Below, in pieces: positions 51,990 through 62,200 of a stretch of DNA of 64,000 nucleotides. A model generated the notes under the pieces. It was not told the origin of the DNA. It searched no databases and worked only from the letters and a program-made list of their open reading frames with translations. This stretch comes from an uncultured delta proteobacterium (GTDB lineage: Bacteria; Myxococcota_A; Polyangia; Polyangiales; CAWHLB01), in the NCBI GenBank assembly GCA_963830115.1, contig CAWHLB010000027.1, positions 409,246 through 473,245 on the forward strand, written 5' to 3'. The position numbers and the translations under genes were made by a program. How positions within the stretch are numbered: position 1 is the stretch's first letter; each line of letters begins with the position of its first letter.

Positions 51990-54326
51990 GTGACGCGCTT
52001 GGTCTTCCTGGTTGCTCTGACCGGCGTCGCGGTCGTCGCTGGCGGCTGCGACGGGGGCGCTGGTTCTCCCGACGCGGGGACCGCCGACGGGGCTTCGCCC
52101 GAGGCGGGCGTCGATGCGGGGCCGCCGCCTCCGGCCCACGCGGCGGCTACGCCCCTCACAATGTGGGTGAGCCCGCTCATCGGGACCGGTGGCCTCGGCT
52201 ACGGCGTGGGCAGCGCCTTCCCGGGCGCCCAGCGGCCCTTCGGCATGGCGCGTCCCGGCCCCGACACCACCGACGCGAGCGGCGCGCCCGGCTTCGACCA
52301 CTGCGCGGGCTACTACTACGCCGACCCCATGATCCGCGGCTTCGGTAATACGCACCTGCACGGCACCGGGATCCCCGAGTACGGCACGCCGGGGCTGATG
52401 CCGACGGTCGGCATGTCGGCCGACAAGACGCGTTGGCAGGGCTACGCCTCGGCCTTCTCCCACGACACGGAAGAGGCCTCCCCCGGCTACTACGCGGTCA
52501 CCCTCGCCGATACGCACGTGCGCGTGGAGCTCACCGCCACCGACCACGTCGCCTTTCACCGCTACACGTTCCCGGCGGGCTCGGACGCGGTGGTCCTGCT
52601 CGACGCGGGCTACTTCCTCGCCGACCTGACGCCCGTCGACGCCAGCGTCACGATCGACGCCGCCGCCCGCACGATTCACGGCTTCGGCACGGTGCGGGGC
52701 GGCTACTCCGGCCGCTTCGGCGGTGTGACGGTCTACTTCGCGGCGCGCTTCTCGCAGCCCTTCGCGCGCTTCGGCGCGTGGAAGGCCGGAGCGCTCCACG
52801 ACGGCGAGACGACCGAGAGTGGCACCGACGCCGGCGCGTACGTGCACTTCGATACGAGCACCGACACCTCGGTCGACGTGGCCGTCGGCCTGTCCTTCGT
52901 CGACGAGGCCCACGCCCAGATGAACCTCGACGCCGAGGCGACGGGCGTGGGCTTCGACGCCGCGCGCACCGGAGCGGAGCAGGCCTGGGAGAGCGCCCTG
53001 TCGCGGGTGTCCATCGAGGGCCGAAGCGACGACGGATTCCGCATGTTCTATACGGCCCTCTACCACGCGCTGCTGATGCCCACCCTCGCGAGCGACGTGG
53101 ACCAGAGTTACCGCGGGATGGACAAGGCCGTCCACACGGCCGACGGCTTCCGCTACTACACCGACTTGTCGCTCTGGGACACGTTCCGCACCGAGCACCC
53201 CCTGCTCACCCTGCTCTACCCCGAGTACCAGCGCGACATGCTGCGCTCCCTGACCGCCATGGCGCGCGACGGCGGCTACATGCCCCGCTGGCCCCTGGGC
53301 GACGGCTACACCGACGGCATGGACGGCGAGAGCGCGTGTGTCGTCTTCGCCGACAGCTGGGTGAAGGGGATCACCGACTTCGATCTGCGTACGGCCTACG
53401 ACGCCATGCGGCGCACCGCGATGGCGCCGGTCCCGGGCGGCGCACCCTACGGGGGCCGCGGCGGCGTGAGCGACTACATGGCGAAGGGCTACGTCCCCAT
53501 CGAGGCGAGCGGCGGCAGCGCCTCGGCGACCCTCGAGTACGCCTACGACGACTTCGCCCTCGCCGAGCTCGCGGACGCCCTCGGCGAGTCGGCGGATGCG
53601 ACGATGTTCCGCGCGCGCGCCGGCAGCTGGAAGAACCTGTGGGACGCGGACGCGGGCTTCCTGGTGGGCCGCCACGAAGACGGGACCTTTCCCCCCAATC
53701 CGCCCGCCTTCGAGTGGTCCGACTGGTACACGGAGGGCGACGCTTGGCAGTACCTCTGGTACGTGCCCCAGGACCTCACCGGGCTCGCTCGCACGCTGGG
53801 CGGAACCGACACGATGCTCGGGCGCCTCACGATGTTCTTCCAGCACTCGAAGCAGGAACCCGTCCTGCTCGGGCCGGCCCACTGGTACTGGCACGGCAAC
53901 GAGCCGGACCTGCACGTCCCCTTCATCTTCGCCGCCCTCGACCACCCGGACGAGGGCGCGCCCTTCATCCGATGGGTGCTCTCCTCGCGCTACGGTACCG
54001 GCCCCGACGGTCTGGCGGGCAACGACGACGCGGGCACCCTCAGCGCCTGGTACGTCTTCGCGGCCTCCGGCTTCTATCCGATCGCAGGCGAGGACCGCTA
54101 TCTTGTCGGCACGCCAATCCTCACCCACGTGACGATGCATCTGCCCGGCGGCGACTTCGTGGTCGACGCGCCGAACGCGAGCGACCAGTCGCTCTACGTG
54201 ACGGGTGCGACCCTCGGCGGGATGCCCCTCACCCGCGCCCACTTCCAGCACGCCGACATCACCGGCGGTGCGACCTTGCACCTCGACATGGCGGACGCGC
54301 CAGCAGGCTTTGGCGAAGGCCCCTGA
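51990..54326 (+). CDS. Glycoside hydrolase family 92 (alpha-mannosidase) lipoprotein
   Basis: GTG at 51990. Lipobox VVAGGCDG. GH92-like blocks (GFDHCAGYYYADPMIRGFGNTHLHGTG, SHDTEEASPGYYAV, LWDTFRTEHPLLTLLYPE, GNEPDLHVPFIF, GNDDAGTLSAWYVF). Confidence 0.85.
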   Translation: MTRLVFLVALTGVAVVAGGCDGGAGSPDAGTADGASPEAGVDAGPPPPAHAAATPLTMWVSPLIGTGGLGYGVGSAFPGAQRPFGMARPGPDTTDASGAPGFDHCAGYYYADPMIRGFGNTHLHGTGIPEYGTPGLMPTVGMSADKTRWQGYASAFSHDTEEASPGYYAVTLADTHVRVELTATDHVAFHRYTFPAGSDAVVLLDAGYFLADLTPVDASVTIDAAARTIHGFGTVRGGYSGRFGGVTVYFAARFSQPFARFGAWKAGALHDGETTESGTDAGAYVHFDTSTDTSVDVAVGLSFVDEAHAQMNLDAEATGVGFDAARTGAEQAWESALSRVSIEGRSDDGFRMFYTALYHALLMPTLASDVDQSYRGMDKAVHTADGFRYYTDLSLWDTFRTEHPLLTLLYPEYQRDMLRSLTAMARDGGYMPRWPLGDGYTDGMDGESACVVFADSWVKGITDFDLRTAYDAMRRTAMAPVPGGAPYGGRGGVSDYMAKGYVPIEASGGSASATLEYAYDDFALAELADALGESADATMFRARAGSWKNLWDADAGFLVGRHEDGTFPPNPPAFEWSDWYTEGDAWQYLWYVPQDLTGLARTLGGTDTMLGRLTMFFQHSKQEPVLLGPAHWYWHGNEPDLHVPFIFAALDHPDEGAPFIRWVLSSRYGTGPDGLAGNDDAGTLSAWYVFAASGFYPIAGEDRYLVGTPILTHVTMHLPGGDFVVDAPNASDQSLYVTGATLGGMPLTRAHFQHADITGGATLHLDMADAPAGFGEGP

Positions 54327-54509
54327 CGCGCGGTCGGCCGGCGAGCGACGTGTGGCGTGCGAACGCCGTCACCTCACGGGCAAGGGCACGATGGTGACGT
54401 GTACCACGTCGCTGGCGGGCGGATCGGTCCAGACCAGGCCGCTTCGGCCGGCTCCGGCCTCGCTTCCGCGCGCCGCCTCCTCGGCGTCGCCGATCGCGCG
54501 CGGACGCGT

Positions 54510-55325
54510 TCAACTCTCTTCGTCGCGCAGGGCGCACACGAAGACGGCGTCGTCGAGGACGTAGAGGGGGGCGTGCGTGTCGCCGCGGCAGAGGTAGGGG
54601 GCGCGCGACAGGGCGATCACGTCGAGGCCGTGGCGGGCGAACAGGCGTGCGGCGAGGATGGCCGCGGCCACCTCGAAGGCGCCGCGCGCGTCGGGCAAGG
54701 GCTCGTCCGGATCGACCGTGTGGGGGCCGACGTGCACGTGGGGCGAGAGGGGCAGCGGAACGGCAGCCACGAGGCGCCCGCCGGGAGCGACCAGGGCGGC
54801 GGTGCGCGCGAGCAGGGTGTGCGGCCGGCTCGTGCGGTCGAGGACGTCGAGCAAGGACACGACGTCGAAGGGGCCGGGCTCCGGCAGATCGTCGGTCGCC
54901 AGATCGATGCGATGGCAACGAACGCCTCGCCGTGTGAGCCGCCGTGCCATGGGTCCGGACAGCTCGGTCGTCACGACCTCGTCGAACAGAGGCGCGATCT
55001 CGGCGGTCACCGCTCCGTCCCCCGCGCCCACGTCGAGGAGCCGGCCGCCCGTGCCCGCGCCGAGCAACCGCCGCCATTGCGAGGTGCCGAGCAGACGCAT
55101 CGTATGGGTGCCGAGCCAGCCGTTCGCGTCGTAGTCGCTCACGAGCTGGCCGGCGAGGCCGTGCAGAAACGTCGCCAGGGGACCGTGGGGCCGCCCGAGC
55201 ATCGCGTCGATCCACGTCCGTGTCGCGTCGTCGAGCGACAAGGAGACGAAGCGCTCCGCGAGCGAAGGCGGAAGCCGCGTCAGCTCGCAGCCGTAGCGCA
55301 GCTCCATCCCGCGGTAGACCACCAT
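54510..55325 (-). CDS. Class I SAM-dependent methyltransferase resembling the METTL9/DREV family (eukaryotic protein-histidine N1-methyltransferase)
   Basis: ATG at 55325. Contains [40 protein letters not shown], and a C-terminal [22 protein letters not shown]. These are colinear with my recollection of human METTL9 ([51 protein letters not shown]). Confidence 0.65.
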   Translation of the reverse strand: [271 protein letters not shown]

Positions 55326-55383
55326 CGGCGAAGCCCCTTCGCGCGGCCCGCCCGAGCGGGCCCCCTCAACCGGTGACGCGCGA

Positions 55384-55878
55384 TCAGGCGCCCCCCAGCA
55401 CGCCCTCGATCGCCTCCCGGACCTCGGCCGCCTCGGGCGTCGTCCGGGGCGAGAAGCGCGCCACGATGCGGCCCTCCCGATCGATCAGGAACTTGGCGAA
55501 GTTCCACGCCACGTCTCCCGGGCCATCCGGCGCGGTCGCCTGGGACGTGAGCCAGTCGTACAGGGGCGCGCGACCTTCGCCATTGACGTCGATCTTGGCG
55601 AACATGGGGAACTTCACACCGAAGTTCGTCGTGCAGAATTCCTTGATCGTCGCCTCGTCGCCCGGCTCCTGGGCGCCGAACTGGTTGCACGGGAAGCCGA
55701 GCACCTCGAGGCCCTTTTCCCGGTAGCTCTCGTAGAGCTTCTCGAGGCCCTCGTACTGCGGCGTGAGGCCGCACTTGGAGGCGACGTTGACGAGGAGCAG
55801 GGCCTTGCCGGCGTAGTCGCCGAGCGAACGCTCCTGGCCTTCGATGGTCTTCATCGCGAAGTCGTGTGCAGTGGTCAT
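55384..55878 (-). other. Glutathione peroxidase (Cys-type) module with its own ATG; a fused domain or a separately translated gene
   Basis: MTTAHDF..LLLVNVASKCGLTPQY..GFPCNQFG..WNFAKFLI. The catalytic residue is Cys (TGC), not a TGA Sec codon. Confidence 0.85.
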
Positions 55879-58800
55879 GGCGGGAGCTTCCGACAGGGGC
55901 GGCGGCGTTTCAAGGGCCGCGGGATCGTCCCGCAGCCCTTCGGCGATCGCGCGCCGCCGGTCTTCGAGGAGCGCCTCGACGCGCTCGGCGAGGGCGGCCT
56001 TGCCCAGACGCCGGAGCGACGCCGCCGTCTTCTCCATCACGCGATGCGTGAGGATCTCGTCGTTACTCGCTTGCGCGAACATATCGATGAAGCGCTCGAC
56101 GCGACCGTCGAGTTGCTCGTCTTCGAGCTCGACCGCGACGAACGCGTCGAGGGCGAGCAACGCCGACAGCCACCACTGGCCCCCGCCCGCCTCCACGTCG
56201 CGGATGAAGTGCGGCAAGCGCTCGCTCAGGGACGCGTAGCGGCCCGTGAGGGCGTCACAGTAGAGCTCGGTGAGGGCGAAATCGGCGCTCAAGACGCCTC
56301 GCCGGTTCTCCATGGCCTCGCCAATCAGCGCGCGCGCCGTCTCCATGTCGTTCAGGACGACGTGCATCTCGGCCACGGACAAGAGATGGATCTGGATCGA
56401 CCTGGCGACGTTCCAATGGCGCGCACCCTCGAGCGCCCTCTGCTCCAAGGCCAGCGCCGCGTGGGGGTCGCCGCGCCTCAGTGCGATCTGCGCCAGCAGA
56501 TGCCAGGCCCGGTGGGATTCCTTCGGGCCGCCGAGGACCTCGAGGGCTTCGCACGCTTCGCGCGCAATCCGCTCAGCCGTCCGGAAGCGGTCCGTGTAGA
56601 AGGCGATGGCGGCTTCGCGCAACCGGCATGTCAGACGCTGCCGTTCGTCACCGAGGCGTGCGAAGAGGGCGCCCACCTCGCGCGTCAGAGCGAGGCTCCC
56701 TTCGTAGTCGAGCGCGTTGTAGCTCTGGAGGGCTTCGGCATCGAGCACGCGAGCGTGTCGCATGTCGACCTCCGGCACGCCGTCTTCGTCGAGCCACCTC
56801 TTGGCGTCCGAGAGGTGCGCCGCGCTCCGTACGAGGTCGGCACGGCGAAGGAGCCCACGCACCGCTTCGAGCTTGGGCCCCCAGGCGCGCTCGGGCTCTC
56901 CTGCGTTTCGGAAGAGGTCGGCGGCGCGGGCAGCGGCCTCCGGGACGTCGTCGCCGTAGGTCGAGACGAGAGCCTCGGCTGTCTGATGCAGGACCGTGCG
57001 GCGCGCTGGCTGCTGCGCGAGCCGCGCGAGCAGCGTCTCCTGGAGCAAGCCGTGCTCGAAGCGGTAGGCGGCTCTTCCGTCATGGACGCGCAACAGGCCT
57101 TGCAGCAGCGCGCGATCGAGCACCGCGTCCACGAGGGCCGCGACCTCCGGTGCTTCGGCCACCGCGGCGCGCAGGGCACGCTCTTCGAAGGGGTGGCCGA
57201 GCAGGGCCGCGCGGAAGAGCACGCCTTCCGCGTCCGGAGCCCGGTCGCCGAAGGCACCGAGCAGAAGCTCGATGCGTCGTGTGAGCACCGCCTCCACCGG
57301 ACGGGCCGCGATCAGGTCCCGGGGCGTGGAGCCGTCGCGGGGCACCCATCGCTCGCCCTCCGGTACGAGCAGGCCGCTCTCGATCCAGTCGTGCATGCGC
57401 TGCACCAGGAGGAGCGGCGTCTCGTCGAGCGCGTCGGCGATGGAACGAGCAGTCTCGGACGCGAGCGGTACGATCGAGGAGAGCAGCTCGCAGCGGTCGG
57501 CCGCGTCGAGCCGCCCGAGCTCGCGCACGCTGACCTCCGGACGTGCGGCCAGGGCCTCGAGCCTTTCGCGCATGGCGGGATGGTCCGCCGTGCCCGAGCG
57601 CAGCGTGAGCACGAAGAGCACCGAGGCGTCCTGGGACGCGAGGAGCTTCTCCACCAGATCGAGCGCGCCGTCGGACGACCAACCCACGTCGTCGAGCCAG
57701 ACGTAGACCGGCCGGACGCGGCTCATGGCCCGCAGCGCGGCGGCAGCCAGCTCGATGCCCTGCGCTCGAGACAGGGTCGTCGCGCCGCCGGGCGTCAGCC
57801 AGGCGAGCATCTTCGATGCGGCGAAGGGCAGGGGCTCGCCGTGCCGCAGGAGCCAGCTCCACTCCGCGGGGAAGCCCGCCTCCGCACGGACCCCCGGCAC
57901 GCCGAGCAGCCGGCGCAGCACATGACGCAGCCCCGCTCCCGTCTCCGCGCGGGAGAGATCGTAGCCGGCCGCGGCCCCGTCCATCCTCGCCGCCTCCTCG
58001 ACGTGGCGGAGCCCAAAGCGGGCGAGGCGGCTCTTGCCGACGCCGGCCTCGCCGAGCCACGCCACGACCCGCACGCCCCCGAGGACGCACACCTCGTCCA
58101 CCCGCTCCGCGAGCAGCGCGCGCTCCGTGCTTCGCCCCGCCACCGGCAGCGTGCGAAGGCGGTGCAGAGGCCCGAGGTCCGCCACGTCCCGCGCCTCGAA
58201 GTAGCGCGGGAGCGGGCTGTCGGTGGGCGCGGCGTGAGGCGATTCGCTCGCGAAGAGGGTGGTGTGCTCGGGGCTCGAAGCGAGCCGGGTCGGATCGGTG
58301 GCCTCGTCCTCGAGCGCGTCGGCCGAGGGCATGGTCGCATCGATGGCGAGGGTGTCGGTCAGGATGCGGGGGACGCCGTGGCGGACGATGCGATCGTCGA
58401 CCCGTCCCGAGAGCCGCTCGAGGGCCTCGCGCAGCTCGGAGGCGAAGCGTGGCCTGCGTCTCGGGGCGGGCCCGAGCAGGGAGGCGACGAGCGAGGCGAG
58501 CTCCTCCGGGATGAAGAGGCCCTTGCGCGGCTCGAAGGCGACCGGCGCGCCGCGGTCCTTGGCCCGTCGCAGGGTGTCGAGTGTGTCGAGCTCGAAGGGC
58601 GCCCGTCCGGTGATCAGCTCGAAGAGCATCACGCCGATCGCGTAGAGATCGGTCCAGGGCCCCAGTATACCGTCCACGCGAAACTGCTCGGGCGCCATGT
58701 AGGCGGGCGTGCCGGCGGGTAAGGAGACTTGGCTCGTCTCGCGGAGCGTATCGAGCACCTTGGCGATGCCGAAGTCGGCGATCTTGATGTGCCCTTCAGC

Positions 58801-59211
58801 GTCGCGCAGCAGGTTGGCCGGCTTGAGGTCGCGGTGGACGATCCCCGCGCCGTGGGCCGCCGCGAGCCCTGCGAGCACATCGTCCATCGCGTGGGCGACG
58901 GCGTCCCACCCGGGCCAGGACAGGACCCAGCTCCCCACGTCGCCACCTTCGACGAGCTCCATCACGAGGCCGGGGCGTCCGCTCGCGTCGCGCACCACGT
59001 CCAGCAGCTCCACGATGCGTGGATGCCGCAGGCGCGCTGCCGTGGCGGCCTCATCGAGCAGGAGCCTCCGGATGCGGCCGTCATCGACGAGACGATGGGG
59101 CACCTTGATCGCGACCAGGCGCCCCGAGGGCCGGTGTACGGCGCGCAGCACCCGACCCATTCCACCGGTGCCCAAGACGCCGTCGATCTCGTAGCGCCCG
59201 TGCGCAGCCAC
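55384..59211 (-). CDS. Ser/Thr protein kinase + P-loop NTPase (AAA_16/STAND-like) + TPR-like region, reading in frame into a C-terminal glutathione peroxidase domain
   Basis: Kinase motifs HRDLKPANLL, ADFGIAKV and GTPAYMAPE. Walker A GEAGVGKSRL. About 600 aa of helical repeats. The last 164 aa are a GPx. The start is set to GTG 59211 because it aligns with the ATG and upstream leader of the paralog; the ORF track starts at TTG 59247. Confidence 0.85.
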   Translation of the reverse strand: MAAHGRYEIDGVLGTGGMGRVLRAVHRPSGRLVAIKVPHRLVDDGRIRRLLLDEAATAARLRHPRIVELLDVVRDASGRPGLVMELVEGGDVGSWVLSWPGWDAVAHAMDDVLAGLAAAHGAGIVHRDLKPANLLRDAEGHIKIADFGIAKVLDTLRETSQVSLPAGTPAYMAPEQFRVDGILGPWTDLYAIGVMLFELITGRAPFELDTLDTLRRAKDRGAPVAFEPRKGLFIPEELASLVASLLGPAPRRRPRFASELREALERLSGRVDDRIVRHGVPRILTDTLAIDATMPSADALEDEATDPTRLASSPEHTTLFASESPHAAPTDSPLPRYFEARDVADLGPLHRLRTLPVAGRSTERALLAERVDEVCVLGGVRVVAWLGEAGVGKSRLARFGLRHVEEAARMDGAAAGYDLSRAETGAGLRHVLRRLLGVPGVRAEAGFPAEWSWLLRHGEPLPFAASKMLAWLTPGGATTLSRAQGIELAAAALRAMSRVRPVYVWLDDVGWSSDGALDLVEKLLASQDASVLFVLTLRSGTADHPAMRERLEALAARPEVSVRELGRLDAADRCELLSSIVPLASETARSIADALDETPLLLVQRMHDWIESGLLVPEGERWVPRDGSTPRDLIAARPVEAVLTRRIELLLGAFGDRAPDAEGVLFRAALLGHPFEERALRAAVAEAPEVAALVDAVLDRALLQGLLRVHDGRAAYRFEHGLLQETLLARLAQQPARRTVLHQTAEALVSTYGDDVPEAAARAADLFRNAGEPERAWGPKLEAVRGLLRRADLVRSAAHLSDAKRWLDEDGVPEVDMRHARVLDAEALQSYNALDYEGSLALTREVGALFARLGDERQRLTCRLREAAIAFYTDRFRTAERIAREACEALEVLGGPKESHRAWHLLAQIALRRGDPHAALALEQRALEGARHWNVARSIQIHLLSVAEMHVVLNDMETARALIGEAMENRRGVLSADFALTELYCDALTGRYASLSERLPHFIRDVEAGGGQWWLSALLALDAFVAVELEDEQLDGRVERFIDMFAQASNDEILTHRVMEKTAASLRRLGKAALAERVEALLEDRRRAIAEGLRDDPAALETPPPLSEAPAMTTAHDFAMKTIEGQERSLGDYAGKALLLVNVASKCGLTPQYEGLEKLYESYREKGLEVLGFPCNQFGAQEPGDEATIKEFCTTNFGVKFPMFAKIDVNGEGRAPLYDWLTSQATAPDGPGDVAWNFAKFLIDREGRIVARFSPRTTPEAAEVREAIEGVLGGA

Positions 59212-62200
59212 GCCTGTCACTCTGCCACGGCGCCGCGCGATACCCAATCACTCCCGGCGGCCTCGCTCAGGCGTCTCTTGGGTTCTCCCCCAGGGCCTCG
59301 GCGATCGCGTGCCGGCGTTCGGCGAGCAGCGTTTCGACGCGTGCAGCGAGCGCGTCCCGTCCGAGACCCCGCAGCGACGCCGCCGTCTTCTCCATCACGC
59401 GGTGCGTGAGGGGCTCGTCGTTGGCTACGCGCCCGAAGGCCTCGATGAAGCCTTCGACACGATGGTCGAGGTCTTCGGCCCGGAGCTCGACCGCCACGAA
59501 GGCGTCGAGCGCCTGCAGCGCCGAGAGCCACCACTCGCCCCCGCCCGCCTCCACGTCGCGGATGAAGTGGGGAAGGCGCTCGCTCAAGGCGCCGTAACGC
59601 CCCGTGAGGGCATCGTGGAAGAGCTCCGTGAAGCCGACTTCCAGCGCGAGGGCGCCGCCGTCGCCGAACGCTTCGTCCAGGAATGCACGGGCCCTCTCGA
59701 AGTCGTTCAGGACGAGGTACATCTCCGCCAAGGACACGAGGTCGACCCGGACCGACCAGGCCTGGCCCAATCGGCGCGCCGCCTCGAGCCCCTTCTGCGC
59801 CGGCACGATCGCGGCCTCGGGCCGGCCGCGCATCTGCTCGATCTGGGCGAGCAGGTGCCAGGCCAGGTGGGCTTCGGGGGCACCGATGGCCTCGGCCGCG
59901 TGGGCCACCTCGCGGGCGATCTGCTCGGCCCTCGGGAAGTGATCCGTGTAGAAGGCGATGGCCGCTTCGCGCCACCGGGACACGAGGCGGTGCCGCTCAT
60001 CGCCGAGGCGCGCGAAGAGCGCCGCGGCCTCGCGTGTGAGGTCCAGGGCGCGGTCGTATTCGAGCGCGTGGTAGCGCACGTGGGCCTCGGTATCGAGCAC
60101 GCGGGCGCGTCGTGCGTCCAGCTCCGGCACGTGGTCGGTTTCGAGCCACCGGCGTGCGGTCTCGAGGTGCTCGGCAGCCCGGACCAGCCCCGCCCGACGG
60201 ATGTGTCCCCACACCGCATCGAGCTTGGGCCCCCACGCGCGATCGGGCTCGCCCGCCTCGCGGAACAGGTCGGCGACACGCGCGGCCACCTCGGGGTGCT
60301 CGTCCCCGTAGATCGTGAGGAGGGCCTCGGCCGTCTGATGGAACGCAGCGTGATGGACCGGCTGCCGTCGCAGCCGCTCGAGCAACGCCTCGTGGAGCAG
60401 GCCGTGCTCGAAGCGATAGGCCGCCGCCTCGGCGTCGACGCGCAGGAGGCCCTGGAGCAGGGCGCGATCGAGCACCGCATCGACGAGGGCCGCGACGCTC
60501 GCGTCACCGGCCGCCGCCGCACGCAGGGCGCGCTCTTCGAAGGGCTGGCCGAGCAGTGCCGCGCGAACGAGCACGCCCTCGGCGTCGAGAGCGCGGGTAC
60601 CGAAGGTCCCGACGAGGAGGCTCGATGCGGCGGGAGAGCAGCACGTGCACCGGGCGCGCCGCGATCAAGTCCTGCGCCGTGCTGCCGTCCCGGGGCTCCC
60701 AGCTCTCGCCACGCTGCACGAGCAGGTCGCTCTCGATCCAGTCGTGCATGCGCTGCACCAGCAAGAGAGGGGTCTCGTCGAGCGCGTCGGCGAGCGAGCG
60801 ACCGATGGCGGGCGCGAGGGGCACCACCGACGAGAGCAGCGCGTGACGGTCCGCGGCGTCCAGGCGGGCCAGCTCGCTCACCGTCACCTCCGCCCGCGCC
60901 GCGAGCGCCTCGAGCTTCGTGCGCACGACGGGATGGTCCGCCGTGCCCGAGCGCAGCGTGAGCACGAAGAGCACCGACGCGTCCTGCGCCGCGACGAGCC
61001 GTTCCACCAGATCGAGCGCGCGGTCGGACGACCAGCCCACGTCGTCGAGCCAGACGTAGACCGGGCGGACCCGGCTCGCGGCGCGGAGCGCGGCCGCGGC
61101 GAGGTCGACGGCCTGGTCGGGCGGCGGGATGGCGGAGCTGCCCGGCGCGAGCCACCCGAGCATCTTCGAAGCGGCGAAGGGCAAAGGCTCACCTTCGCGC
61201 AGCAGCCACTCCCACTCGGCGGGGAAGCCAAGCTCGGTCTGCTTCCACGGCACTCCGAGCAAGCAGCGCAACAGGTGACGCAGCCCGCCGGTCTCCGCAC
61301 GTGAGAGGTCGTAGCCGGCTGCGACGCCCTCCATGCGCCCCGCCTCCTCGACATGGGAGAGGCCCCAGCGACAGAGGCGGCTCTTGCCGACGCCCGCTTC
61401 GCCGATCCACGCCACGACCCGCACGCCGCCGCCCGAGCACACCTCGTCGATGCGGCGTACCAAGAGCCGCGCTCCGCGCGTCGCCCCGCCACGGGCAGGG
61501 TGCGGAGCCGATGGAGGGCGCCAGCGTCGGTCGCCTCCTCGGCTTCGAAGTATTCCGGCAGGAGGCTGTCTGGGCCGCTCGCGCTCGGCGATCCGGCCCG
61601 AGCGAGCGTCGTGTCGTCGGTCCCGCGCAGGAGCGTCGGCGCGGTGGCGTCGTCGACATCGCTCGGAGTGAGGTTCGATGGCTCCGTCGCGTCGAGGGTG
61701 ACCGCACCGATTGTGAGAGCGCCAACAGCGGGCTTCGGGTCGATGCGACCGGCGACCCGATCCTCCACGCCCCCGGCGAGCCGCGCGAAGGTCGCCCTGA
61801 GCTCGGACGCGAACCGCGGCCTATTTCTCGGGGTGGGGTCGAGCAGGGAGGTCACGAGAGCACCGAGCCCCCGCGGCACCGACAGCCCCTTGCGCGGCAC
61901 GAGGGGGCCGGGGGTGCCGACGCGCTTGGCCTCTCGAAGGGTGTCGAGGGAGTCGTCGTCGAAGGGCGCGCACCCACAGATCAGCTCGAAGAGGATCACG
62001 CCGAGCGCATAGAGGTCGGTCCAGGGGCCGACCATCCCGGCGATGCGGAACTGCTCGGGAGCCATGTAGGCGGGCGTGCCCGCGAGCAGGGGCGCCTTGC
62101 CCGTGTCGCGCAGGGTGTGAAGCACCTCGGCGATACCGAAGTCGGCGATCTTGACGTGTCCGTCGGCGTGGCAGAGCAGGTTGGCGGGCTTGAGGTCGCG

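Noticed and set aside
55768-55785. Possible selenocysteine in the glutathione peroxidase active site
   Set aside because: The active-site codon in VASKCG is TGC (Cys), not TGA, so no SECIS element is needed.
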